From positions 38,369,729 through 38,433,728 of the forward strand of contig NC_052158.1 in the NCBI RefSeq assembly GCF_902713615.1: a stretch of DNA of 64,000 bases, given 5' to 3'. Position 1 is the first letter of the stretch. Each line of letters begins with the position of its first letter. The DNA is from Scyliorhinus canicula (taxonomy: Eukaryota). The position numbers and the translations under genes are program-made. Positions 49,200-61,545 of the stretch are shown piece after piece. Below the pieces are notes generated by a model. It worked only from the letters and a program-made list of their open reading frames with translations. It had not been told where the DNA came from and did no database searches.

Positions 49200-49570
49200 A
49201 TTCAACTCTGTCAACTATGAGGGATAGTGGAACATCCTCCTCAAATACTGCGAAATTCGACACCATTCTCTGTCTGCTCCATGATGACATGCAAACCATG
49301 ATCCTCACCAATGGAACCATCACAGACCCAATACATGTTCAAACAGGGGCCAAGCAGGGCTATGTTATTGCACCAAAGCTATTCGCCATATTCCTTGCAG
49401 CAAAACTCTACCCTGTCACCTTAAAGCTCTCTGCTACAGTGGAGCTAACCTACTGGACAAGCAGGAAACTGTTCAACCTCCCACACTTCCAGGTCAGAAC
49501 CAAGACCATCCCAACATCTGTCATTGAGCTGCAGTATGCAGATGACATCTATGTGTGTGCACATTCATAG
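49200..49570 (+). mobile_element. RTE-clade LINE RT fragment
   Basis: TGAKQGYVIAPKLFAIFL...LFNL...ELQYADD. Confidence 0.75.
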
Positions 49571-50009
49571 GTAGAAACGCTGAGGTATGAGCAAAGGGTG
49601 GAAATTGGGAAGGGACGAGAGAAAGGCCCCTTGAATGAATGATTGAGGAACCAGTTTTGTGAATACACAAAACATGAAATCAAACAGAAATAGAATAAAA
49701 CTGACAAACATTCAATAAGAAAAGATGTCTGGTGGCAATGACATTGTAAACAGTGCTTTCTAAAGCTTCATCCGGCTTTTGTATTTAATATACTGTAGTA
49801 ACCCTGACACTTTACTCCCAGAGCCTAACCAGTAATCCCAACCACTAATCCAATTCACACCAGTAATCCAAGTAAACAAACAGGCTTCAAGCAATGGGAA
49901 TGGGAGTTCCAGATTAGGTTAGTCCAACATGTGGTCCATAGGTTGATTGCAGCCCTCGAAGCCCCTGTATGTGGCTCCCGAGGCCATTTTCCAAAATGTT
50001 GGTCTAACA

Positions 50010-50155
50010 GGTAAGAAGCCTTACAACACCAGGTTAAAGTCCTGATTCACCCGAGGAAGGAGCAGTGCTCTGAAAGCTAGTGTTTGAAACAAACCTGGTG
50101 TTGTAAGACTTCTTACCGTGCTCACCTCAGTCCAACGCCGGCATCTCCACATCAG
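50010..50155. mobile_element. Penelope-like pseudo-LTR fragment, partly inverted, with a degenerate hammerhead core
   Basis: Same family as 10348-10528; the core reads CCGAGGA...GAAAGCTAGTG. Confidence 0.6.
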
Positions 50156-50599
50156 GTCTAACAGGTAGGTTTGAATGGAATAATCCGCATGGAGTGTTTA
50201 GTGTTTCTCTCCCACATTTACTACTGCTCAAAAGCCAGTCAACAGCAAACACAGGAAAGAAACAGCCTGTGATTGGAGCAGCAGCAAATACCAGAGGCCC
50301 TGAGTTCAGGGCCTGGGGAGCTGCGGACCAGGGGGCCAAGAAACATGACTGGGGGACTGAAGGCTGGGGAGCAAAGGAGTAGAGCCCAGGGAGCCGAGGG
50401 CTGGGTTCAGGGCCCAGGGAGGAGGTGTACAAAGGCATGTGGCCCAGGGAGCAGTGATTCTGGGGTGCCCAGGTGCCATGGAGCAGGACTCCGATGTCCG
50501 AAGTTGAAAAGGAGGCAGCAGGAGCAGGGACACCTGTCATCTGACTGAGCAAGTCTGCAGACTGTGTGAAAGAGAGAGAAAGAGAGAGAGAGTGAGTAG

Positions 50600-52440
50600 G
50601 GATATCGAGGTTTTTTTATTTATTCAAGGGATGTGGACTTTGTTGGCTGAGCCAGCATTAATCGCCCATCCATAGTTGCCCTTGAGAAGGTGGTGGTGAA
50701 CTGACTTAAGAACCGTTGCAGTCCATGTGGTGTAGGTACACCCACTGTGCTGTTGGTTCGGAGGTCCAGGAGTTGACCCAGTGATAGTGAAGGAACAGCG
50801 ATATATTTCCCAATCAGGACGGTGAGTAGCTTGGAGGCCAACATCCAGGTGGTGTTCCTATGTGAATGCTGCCTTTTCTTTGAAGATGGAAGTGGTTGTG
50901 GATTTGGAAGATGCTTCTAAGGAACCTCAGTCTGTTCTTGCAGTACATCTTGTAGATGGTACACATGGCTGCTACTGAGCGTCAATGTTGGAGGGACTGA
51001 ATGTTTGTGGATGGGGCATCAATCAAATGGGCTGCTTTGCCCTGGATGGTATTAAGCTTCTTGAGTGTTGTTGGAGCTGCACTTATCCAGGAAAGTGGAG
51101 GGTATTCCATTACGTTCCTGACTTGTGACTTCTAGATTGTGGACAGGCTTTGGGGAGTCAAGAGATGAGTTACCCGCCGCAGGAGTTCTAGCTGCTGACC
51201 TTCTCTTCAATGCATATTGTTTATATGATTAGGCCAGTTTAATTTCTGGTCAATGGTAACCACCCCTGGATGTTAATCATGGAAAATCCAATGCTGGTAA
51301 TGTTATTAAATGTCAAGGGGAGATGGTTAGATTATCTTTTGTTCAATATGGTCATTACCTGGCATTTGTGTGGTGCAAATATTACTTGCCACTTGTCAGC
51401 CCAAACATGCATATTGTCCAGGTCTTGTTGATTTAGGCATGGACTGCTTCAGTGCCTAAAGTGTCATGACCAGTGCAGACATTGTGCAATCAATGGCTGT
51501 TTAGGGGCTGTTTAGCTCACTGGGCTAAATCGCAGGCTTTGAAAGCAGACCAAGGCAAGCCAGCACGGTTCGATTCCCGTAACAGTCTCCCCGAACAGGC
51601 GCCGGAATGTGGCGACTAGGGGCTTTTCACAGTAACTTCATTGAAGCCTACTCGTGACAATAAGCGATTTTCATTTTCATTTTTTCATTTTCATCTTCAG
51701 CAAACATCGTCATTCTGACCTGACGACGGAACGATGGTTATTGATGAAGCAGCTAAAGGTGGTTGGACCGAGAACAATACACTGAAGAACTTCTCCAGTG
51801 ATGCCCTGGTGCTGAGATAACTGATCTCCGCCAAGCACAACCATCTTCCTTTGTGCCAGGTTCACTCCAACCATCAACGGATTTTACCACTGATTTCCAT
51901 TGACTTCAGTTTTGTTGGGGCTCCTTGATACTCGGTCAAATGCTGCCTTGATTTCATGAGCAGTCACTCTCTCTATGTCTCTGGAGTTCAGCTTTTATAC
52001 ATTTTTGATCCTAGGCTGTAGACTGATGGGGCAGTAATTGGTTGGGTTGCATTGGTCATGCTTTTTGTATACAGGACACACCTGGGCAATTCTTCACATT
52101 GTCGGGTAGATGCCAGTGTTGTAGCTGTACTGGATCAGCTTGGCTAGGGGTGCAGCAAGTTCTGAAGCACAAGTCTTTAGTCCTATTGCTAGAATATTGT
52201 CAGGGCCTATAGCCTTTGCAGTATCCAGTGCCTTCAGCCGTTTCTTGATATCCTGTGGAGTGAATCATATTGGCTGAAAATTGGCATCTGTGATGTTGGG
52301 GACCTCAGGAGGAGGCCGAGATGGTTCATCCACTCGGCACTTCTGGCTGAAGATTATTGCGAATGATTCAACCTTATCTTTTGCACAGGTGTGCTGGGCT
52401 CCTCCATCATTGAGGATGGAGATATTCATGGAATTCCTGG
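50600..52440 (-). mobile_element. Degraded CR1/L2-clade LINE with an inserted second-family SINE (51504-51693)
   Basis: Same family as 30540-31000 and 56890-57300. Confidence 0.7.
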
Positions 52441-52639
52441 CAGGTAGATAGAAAGAGGGTCAGAAGGACGGATGAATCAATAGACAGAAAAACAAACAGA
52501 CAGAGAGTGAGAGACAGATAGATTCCTATGTACTGACATTGCTGTCTTTTCCAAAATTGCATATTATATGCCTCATTATTATCCTGGTTCCCTAGCATCA
52601 CATTTAGAGAGTACCTCAATGGTATACTGGCAAATCACT

Positions 52640-53560
52640 CCCAGAGCTTCCCAGGTATGTGTTTACCCGGCAATTGTCCAGAAGTCCTAACTTCCTCTAA
52701 GTAATTGCGCTAGGTTGTGAATCATCCATCAGAAGTGAGTAAAATTGCTGACTTCGGATGGTTCTGTCAGTTTTACCCTGGTAGTTACTCTGAAAGAGTT
52801 AGAAAAAAAAGTACTTCTAACTCCAGAGAAGCTATCTGAACAACCAGACCCAGCCTCACATACAACAAACCGCACCACCCACCCACCAGTGGATTGACCA
52901 CATCACCCCTACCTTGGTCCGACCCCAGCCGTTCTGAACCCACCTCCCATCCCAGACTGAGCCCCCCCCCCCTCCATCCCTCCCCGCCCGACTTCTGGTC
53001 CGGACCCTCTATTCCCTCCAATCCAACTCATCCCCTCCTGTACCGACACCCCCCACCCACCTCTGGTCCGACCCCACATTCTTGTCAGAACACCCCCCCC
53101 CCCCCCCCTCCTCCCTGATCCAGCAAACTCCCCCACCTCCCGGACTGACCCTCACCATCTCGGACTGACCCTACTATCACCCCTTGGTCTGACCACCCCC
53201 CTCCGGTCCAATGTGCCCATCCGGTTAACCCCCCCCCCCCAACTCCAGTCCAGTCCAACCAGTCCCCATGGGTTTGACACTCCCCCAGCCTGATTGAATT
53301 TACACCCCCATCCATTCTGACCTGACAACCCCCCCCCCCCCCCACCCCCCAAATCCCCCTCAATCCTCCCATCTGGCCTGACGCAACTTCTTCCTCCCCC
53401 ACTACCTCCCCATCCAGCCGTGTCCGACATCCCCTCTGGCCAAAGCCTTCTCAGACTTGACGGAAACACTTATCTTTAAAGTTAACTCCCCCTTTAAATT
53501 GACCTTTAACCACCTCCTTTATAAAGATAGTGCTGTAAAAAGGGTGCGTTCCTTTCTTCC
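52640..53560. repeat. C-rich, strongly strand-skewed repeat of unknown class
   Basis: Multiple poly-C runs and short internal repeats (ccgacc, ggactgaccc). No termini were identified. Confidence 0.35.
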
Positions 53561-53829
53561 CTGCACTTCAGTTACTCCATGCCAATAGGCCGATGCAGCT
53601 GGGGGCACACTTCACTGCTCCTTTCCCAGGCCTGAGTGAGGAAAGTTTGGCAAGACTGTGGCTTTGGAATATCAACGTAGGTAAGTCTGTCGAGAATGCA
53701 ATCTGCTGGAGATTGTCACTTGAGGAAGTTACAGGCCATTTATGCAACAGCTGTACATCCACGACTTTATTCCAAAATTGAAAACCAGTAAACAATAACG
53801 ATGGACTTAATTTAATCTAGCTTACAGTC

Positions 53830-54173
53830 GGGCAGCATGGTAGCATAGTGGTTAGCACAGTTACTTCACAGCTCCAGGGTCCCAGGTTCGATTCCTGGCT
53901 GGGTCACTGTCTGTGCGGAGTCTGCATGTTCTCCCCGTGTATGCAGGGGTTTAGTCCGGGTGCTCCGGTTCCCTCCCACAATCCAAAAGTGTGCGGGTCA
54001 GGTGGATTGGCCATGCTAAATTGGCCTTAGCATCCAAAAAAAGGTTAAGTGGGGGTTACTGGGTTACGGGGATAGGGGAGATACATGGGCTTGAGTAGGG
54101 TGCTCTTGTAAGGGCCGGAGCAGACTTGATGAGCTGAATGGCCTCCTTCTGCACTATAAATTCTATGATTCTA
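53830..54173 (+). mobile_element. Full-length HE1-like SINE
   Basis: Complete head, body and tail. Confidence 0.9.
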
Positions 54174-54695
54174 TTACTCTATCACAATGTTGCTTGATTG
54201 TAAATTATGCATAAAATCACCCAGCAGCAATTGCAGTAGCACACATATTACAGCATGCAAGCCATATTACATCTTATAATGTGTATTTCAAATCATAAGA
54301 TCTCTACAGTGCAGAAAAAGATGATTTGGTCCTTCAAGTCTGCACTGACCCTCAGAAAGAACATCCTACCTCGACCCAATACCCTTCCTTAACCCCTAAC
54401 CCCACCGAACCTGGATCAGCCAGGGTCCTAGCACGCATGCAATGGCCTTGCATGTGATTAGTGAAACCAATAAGTTGTGAATATGAACAACGATCGTTCA
54501 AAATTATTAATTTAAAACCTTGCTTTGGATTTTTCCTTTCAAACCAAGTAGAAAGTGCCCCTTTGATCCCTGCTAAGTGGTTCCTTCCACCCAAGGATGA
54601 TCAATTAGAATTAGTCCCTGTCTACGCATCCGAGGTACCAACTACCAGACCTGAGCCTTCCGTCATAGAAGCTCCTCATGTGCTGATGTGGATTG

Positions 54696-54880
54696 AATGA
54701 AATGAAATGAAAATCGCTTATTGTCACGAGCAGGCTTCAATGAAGTTACTGTGAAAAGCCCCTAGTCGCCACATTCCGGTGCCTGTCCGAGGAGGCTGAT
54801 ACGGGAATCGAACCGTGCTGCTGGCCTGCTTGGTCTGCTTTAAAAGCCAGCGATTTAACCCAGTGAGCTAAATCAGCCCC
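54696..54880 (-). mobile_element. Second-family tRNA-derived SINE
   Basis: Reverse complement of 24794-24977. Confidence 0.88.
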
Positions 54881-55159
54881 TGGTTTACAGTGGACTATCC
54901 CTGCTGATTCTGACGGCCTGAGCTCACATCTGGGAAGAGGCTCTGTTGGCGATATGTGAAAGGTCAGGGCACCTGCAGAGTTTCAACCCTACCTCACAAG
55001 CTCCCTCCTCGAAAGAATGGTGGGGTCAAAAAACAAGAGGGGAAATTCAAGAGAAAGTATAAACACTTAACCAGTCTGACAAAACCTCTCTCAGTAATTG
55101 TTTGACTGCTTTTAAATATGTTGGGCATCTGGCTTGTCTCCCTTCCCTTACCCTTCCCT

Positions 55160-55470
55160 GTGGGTGGCATGGTGGCACAACGGTTAGCACTGCTGCCTCA
55201 CAGCGCCAGGGGCCCGGATTCGATTCCAGCCTTGGGTGACTGCGTGGAGTTTGCATGTTCTCCCCGTGTCTGTGTGGGTTTCTTCCACACACTCTGGTTT
55301 CCTCCCACAGTCTAAAGATGTGCAGGTTAGGTGAATTGTCCATGCTAAATTGCCCCTCAGTTTCCAAAGGTTAGTTCGGGCTATGGGGATAAGGCGGTGG
55401 AGTGGGTTGAGGTAGGGCTGGTGCAGACCCGATGGGCTGAATGCCCTCCTTTTTCCCTGTAAGGATTCTT
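55160..55470 (+). mobile_element. Diverged HE1-like SINE
   Basis: Head, B box and body are recognisable. Confidence 0.75.
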
Positions 55471-56361
55471 TGGATATATGCACATATTCCTGTGGTAAAA
55501 TCAACATTTTGTCTATGCATGGGTCTGTAGGTTAAGGCATCAGCATTTTCTGACACGTTTTCAAGTGTGAGACATAGGTTTTGTGGCTCAGCAGTGACAC
55601 TGGGCTGTGAGTATGACATACTCCTGGAGGTTGTTCCCCTTTGCAATCTCACTTCCTCTGAAACTATTCATAGTGCATTTATAGAAGAGTGAAAGGTTTC
55701 ACGTAACCTTCCAGTTCCTTTGGTTTACAACAATTGTTTAACAATCATTTGAAACTGAAAGGTGTGTTTTTACTGTTCTGTGAATGTACATTCTTGCAGT
55801 AATAAATTGGCACCAAGTGAATAAAATTATTCTTCCCATGTAAAGACTGGCATGGCTCAAGCAAGTTTCTTTGTCGGTTTTGTCTGAACCAGTTACACAG
55901 AAGTATGTGCAGCGTGGAACCATCAACACAAGAGCATATCACTTGGCTGACTGGCCTATCTGTGGCTCTTCCCCCACCGGGTTCCTGTTCCAAATCTATT
56001 TATTCTTCCTACCCTGCCCCTTATCCCTCCATTCCCTTCTCCCTCTGATATGCAATCAGCTCATTCCAAAATGTGGCCAAGTTATTAGCTTCAAATATTC
56101 CGCATGGCAGTGACTTCCACATTCTCGTTACTTGATGCAAAGGGACCACAGTGCTCCAAGAAATGTACCACCGTTAATCTATATAAGTGTGACATAATAT
56201 CACTGTTATTCTATTAATCTATGGATTAAATACCATAATTTGCCACACCATTTATGGTCTCCCATTTTCAAGTTCATTTAGTTTCTTAACTGCCAAAGAA
56301 TAAGTTACACTATTATTTCTCCTCCAGAAGCTGTAAATTTGTCTAGGTTTGTCCTGTACAG

Positions 56362-56575
56362 GGTGGCAGCGTGGCACAGTGGTTAGCACCGCTGCATCAC
56401 TGCGCCATGGACCCAACTTCGGTCCTGGTCCCGAGTCACTGCCCGTGTGGAGTTTGCACATTCTCCCCCTGTCTGTCGGTATCACCTCCACAACCCAAAG
56501 ATGTACAGGATAGGTGAATTGGCCACACTAAATTGCCCCTGATTGGAAAACTTAAAAATTTAAATTTAAAAAAAA
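56362..56575 (+). mobile_element. Short A-tailed HE1-head SINE variant
   Basis: Same structure as 3164-3391. Confidence 0.75.
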
Positions 56576-56889
56576 TGTTTTAAAAGATTTGCTCTGTCCA
56601 TGATAGTCAGGGTGACAGGACCAATGATCGCTCCATCGGCAAAACAATGGAAAGCATCATTGACAGTCCAATCGAGCAGCTCACCGATCCTCAGATTGGG
56701 TTCCATTCTATGGAACTATTCACAGTGCATTTATAGAAGTGAAAGGTTTCACGTAACCTTCCAGTTCCATTGGTTCACAACAACTGTTTAACAATCATTT
56801 TAAACTATAAGGTGTGTCTGGTAAATGTCAAGTGACCTTTGCATCACAAAAGTTCTCGATAATGACGCCCTCCATTAATTGCAGCATTG

Positions 56890-57340
56890 GACAGAAGAGT
56901 TGAGGTTTGAGTGACTTCCCTTGATGGCAAGGCGGTTTTTGATCAAATGCAGTCCAATGGAACCCTATTAAAACAGCAGTCAATGGGAATCAGGGGGAAA
57001 AGTCTCCGCTGGTCTGAGTCATTCCTGGCACAAAGAAGGTGGGTTGTGATTGCTGGAGGCCAATCATCTCAGCTCCAGGATATCACTGCAGGAATTCCTC
57101 AGGATAGTGTCTTAGGCCCAACCATCTTCAGTTCCTACTCCAATGACCTTCCTTCCATCATAAGGTCAGAAGTGAAGCTGTCTGCTGAAGATTACACATC
57201 GTTCAGTACAATCTGAAGCTCCTCGGTTACAGAAACAGCCCGTGTCCAGCAAGGCCTGGACAACATTCAGGTTTGGTCTGGTAAATGTCAAGTGAACTTT
57301 GCATCACAAGTTCTAGATAATGACGCCCTCCATTAAGAGA
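56890..57340 (+). mobile_element. CR1/L2-clade RT fragment
   Basis: GIPQDSVLGPTIFSSYSNDLP...SAED is a degenerate version of QGSVLGP...FADD. Confidence 0.7.
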
Positions 57341-57739
57341 GAATCAGGTGGCCTCTCAGTGACACTTAATAGTGTTCCGGATCGGTATATCCTTCAGTTG
57401 TAATATCATAGCTGTTATACCTTTTTGTACTTCATCCTCCTGTTTTTTTGGATTATGTAGCTCAGAGCTTTCACCCTGCTCCAAGCATGGTGTAGTAGAC
57501 ATTCTGCACAAGTTTCACCTACCTCCCTGCTTGTAAAATCCATCCCTCTAGAAATTAATGTGTTAATGGGATATAGGGAACATTTAGGGAGGTGGATTTG
57601 AGACCAGGACTAGATCAGTCATGATCTGATTTAATGGCAGAGCAGGCTCAAAGGGCTGCATTGCCTACTTCTGCTCCTAACTCTTCTTATGTTCCTAAGA
57701 CCTCCATCATTTTAGCAGTTGCCAATTTTCTGACCCTAA

Positions 57740-58850
57740 CCATTTCATAGATCATAGATCATAGAATTTACAGTGCAGAGCAAGGCCATTCAGCCCATCG
57801 AGTCTGCACTGGTCCTTGGAAAGAGCACCCTACCTAAGCCCACACATCCACCCTATTCCCGTAACCCAGTAACCCCAACTAACATTTGTGGACACTAAGG
57901 GCAATCCACCTAACCTGCACATCTGACTGTGGGAGGAAACCGAAAGCCTACTTGTGACAATAAAGATTATTATTATTAAATTAGCTCAAGAGGTAGGAAC
58001 ATAGCGTGGAACAAAGGGAACATAAAACAGGAGTAGTCCATTGAGCCCATCGAGCCTGCTCCGCAATTCAATACGATCATGGCTGATCGGATACTTCAAT
58101 GTCTTTTCCACCCACTATCCCCATAACCCTTTACCTTATTGTTAATCAGAAATCCATCAATCTCTGTTTTAAACGCACTCAATGACTGAGCTCCCATAAG
58201 CTCCCTGACGTAGAGCATTTCAAAGCTTCAGAACCCTGTGTGAAGACATTTCTCCTTATCTCGATAACTAACATTCCCCTTACTTTGAAATTGTGTCCCT
58301 TGGTTTTAGACTCCCCGACCAGAGAGTATACGTTGGGCTGGATTCTCCAGTCCCCCAGCTGTGTATTTCACGGGAGTGCAGCGTTAGCTGGCGGCAGGAT
58401 TCTATCTTCCTACTGCTTGTCAATGGGATTTCCCATTGAAACCACCCCATGCCACCAGGAAACCTGTGGGCAGGGATGTGCTGCCTGACGGAAATGTGAC
58501 TTGCAATGACCGGAGAATTCCAGTCTTTGGAATCATACAGTGCAGAAGGAGGTCATTTAGCCCATTGCGTCAGCAGCGACCCTCCGAAAGAGTACTCTAA
58601 CCTCGGCCCAGCCCCCATAACCCCGTTGGACATTAAGGGACAATTCAGCATAGCCAATCCGCCTTACATACATTGTTGGAGGAAACCAGAGCACTCGGAG
58701 GAAACCCACGAAGACTCAGGGAGAACGTTCAAACTCCACACAGTCACCCAAGGCCGGAATTGAACCCGGGTCCCTGGCGCTGTAAGACAGCAGTGTTAAC
58801 CACAGTGCCACCGGTCCACCCCTTACCTGTATCTACCCTGTCTAATCCTC
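57740..58850 (-). mobile_element. Cluster: SINE (57740-57980), CR1 3' fragment (57990-58330, resuming about 58815), nested MITE (58335-58525) and SINE (58530-58810)
   Basis: Each piece is homologous to other copies in the window. MITE TIRs are gggctggattctcc / ggagaattccagtc. Confidence 0.7.
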
Positions 58851-59669
58851 TGCTTGCGCTTTCCTGGTAACCTGGGTTGTAATTAGTTTCATGCAGATCT
58901 CAAGGTTTAAAGGTTCAGCAGTGCATTTTAAAAATGAAAGTTGTACCCAGCAACATTTAAACTTTAGTTTGCATCGGCATTAATACTGCCCTGATTCATG
59001 GCCTCTGGCTGTTTGTTTCCCCGCGGCGTTAGACTGTGCTCCAAGTACAGTGGTGCACCAGTGCCTGGTTTGACAACAGAGAGTAAAGGTGGTTTCAGAG
59101 GCAGGTCATACTAGGGTCACTGTGTATTGTGCCACAGCAGTTCCCTTGTGTAGCGGATGCTGGCAAAACCTCTGAAACTTTCAAACCACGCTACTTATTT
59201 TTCTGTCAGCTTCATGACAGGATGTATGGCCTTTCCAAAACACCGCACCAAGCAAGTGTTTATGTGACATAATTTATTTTAGATCGTACCTGCTGCATCT
59301 TTTTATTGTGATGTGTCATGGAGTAAACCTCTAAGTGGCTGCGAATGCAATACGTTGACTAACAGTTGGATTAGTCCCCAACCTCCCAAATTGTCACCAA
59401 ACAGCAATTCAGCCTATTGGAGCCTGTGCAGTGTGTGCAGACAGGTGATTGGTGGAGACCTGAAGTAGTGATAATCCAGAAAACGAATGGTCCAATTTTA
59501 GCTTTTTTTAAATTCATTCATGATATGTGGCCAACATTGGTTGGGACAGAATTTATTGTCCATTCCTTATTGCCTTTGAACTGAGGCCACTTCGGAGAGC
59601 AGTCAAGAGTCAAACATTGCTATGGATCTGGCTCTCTGCTTATGGGATGGCTGTTAACTTTAACTACAA

Positions 59670-60310
59670 ACGGGGTGACAAGGTACCACACTGATTAGCA
59701 CTGTTGCTTCACAGCGCCAGGGACCCGGGTTTGATTCCCTCTTGAACACTGTGTGGAGTCTGCACGTTCCCCCCGTGTTTTCATAGAATTTACAGTGCAG
59801 AAGGAGGCCATTCGGCCCATCAAGTCTGCACCGGCTCTTGGAAAGAGCACCCTACCCAAGGTCAACACCTCCACCCGATCCCATAACCCAGTAACCCCAC
59901 CCAACACTAAGGGCAATTTTGGACATCAAGGGCAATTTAGCGTGGCCAATCCACCTAATCTGCACATCTTTAGACTGTGGGAGGAAACCGGAGCACCGGA
60001 GGAAACCCACGCACACACTGGGAGGATGTACAGACTCCGCACAGACAGTGGCCCAAGTCGGAATCAAACCTGGGACCCTGGAGCTGTGAAGCAATTGTGC
60101 TATCCACAATGCTACCGTGTCTGTGTGGGTTTCCTCCGGGTGCTCCGGTTTCCTCCCACAAGCCCCGAAAGACGTGCTGTTAGGTGAATTGGACATTCTG
60201 AATTCTCCCTCAGTGTACCCGAACACTGTAGTGTGGTGACTAGGGAATTTTCACGGTAACTTCATTGCAGTGTTCATGCAAGCCTACGTATGTCACTAAT
60301 AAAGATTATT
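59670..60310. mobile_element. SINE cluster: + head fragment, - full copy (about 59780-60115), + copy with a different tail
   Basis: Homologous to HE1-like copies. The tail of the last copy resembles the second SINE family (gactaggg...ttttcac.gtaacttcattg). Confidence 0.8.
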
Positions 60311-60439
60311 TTAAAAAACAGTTTTTTTTTAATTAACTTTTAATTCCAGATATTTACTGAATTCAAATTTCAACACCTGCCCTGGTGGGCTATGAACCTG
60401 GATCCCCAGCATGTTACCACAGGAACTAGTAATCCAGTG

Positions 60440-61545
60440 AAAACATCACCAGCCCTCGATGGGCCCAGATGCTGCTCAGGTGTCCCAGGTGGCGTGGTTC
60501 TGCCCGCTGCCCACCAGATGCGGCACGGACATGAAGGGGGGAGTCTGAGGTGCTGCGGTGTTCCGGCACTTTCCCTACGGGAGTCACCAGCACAAGCTCC
60601 ATCATTTCCTTCTCCCTCAGGGTGCCCGATGGCCACTAGGCTACTCCTTGGGACGGGGGTGTGAGCGGAGTTAACCCTTGAGGTTCCCTCACCATCTGGC
60701 GCTGCCAGTCCTGGATGCCCACTCTGGTCTCAACCAGCGTCTGCATGCTCCCCGCTATGGAGCACAGAGAGTGGACCATTTTTGTCTGGGACTGTGCCAC
60801 ATCACCCTTTGACTGTGCCACCACCTTCCGGGTATGTGTCACATCAGCCAGTAACTGCACCATCTCCCTCTAGGAATCAGCCACCTTCCTCCGCGCCACT
60901 TCGGCCAGCAGCTGGGCAATGCCGCCGATATTCCCAGCCATGGCCTGCAGTGACTGGGCCACGCTCAGGAGCAATGCTGCGATTTCCAGGTGGCTCTGGC
61001 ACATGGCTGCCTGTGAGATGGCACCTCTGACCTGGGCCTTGGCCAGCATCTGCACAGAATGCCCCAGGCCTTGGACATGCTGATGCACAGCCAGAAATGT
61101 CGGCCCCAATGCCTCCAGTGCAGACGCCACCCGTGTGGTGTTGACCTGGATTGTACGCAAGGTCAGCACCGCCTCCTGCTGCTGCATGCATTTGGACCCT
61201 TCCAACTGCACCTGCAGGTGCTGGATGCTCAACAACACACCCTCATGTTGCCCCTGACTCTGCAACCACATCTTCATGACCAATAGGATTTCCAGAAGCC
61301 CAAACCCCTCTGGACGGCAGCTAGTCACTGAGGTCGCCTGGCCGTCCAATCATCCACCCCTTAGGTGTTCTTACCACCAGCTGCTGTACCGGATCAGCAG
61401 TGTGGTGCACACCAGAATGTTCCAGAAGCCTCTTCACTAACATGCCCAACCGAGGTGATTGTCTCTGGGATGGTGGAGGTGTTGGAGACAGCTGTGACAG
61501 GAAATCTGTGTCATCCACAGACTCGAGGTCTGGGGTGTCTTGCGT
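60440..61545 (-). pseudogene. Degraded coding remnant, possibly the accessory (Myb/SANT-associated) gene of a Harbinger-type transposon
   Basis: ORF 60870-61349 is Ala/Gln/Leu-rich with a coiled-coil-like pattern, preceded by a Ser/Thr/Pro-rich segment. The family assignment is from recollection of similar shark sequences and is not verified. Confidence 0.35.

Noticed and set aside
52785-53021. CGLLYV motif as a second GIY-YIG remnant
   Set aside because: It lacks the following IGET and the surrounding context, so it is probably a chance match in low-complexity sequence.
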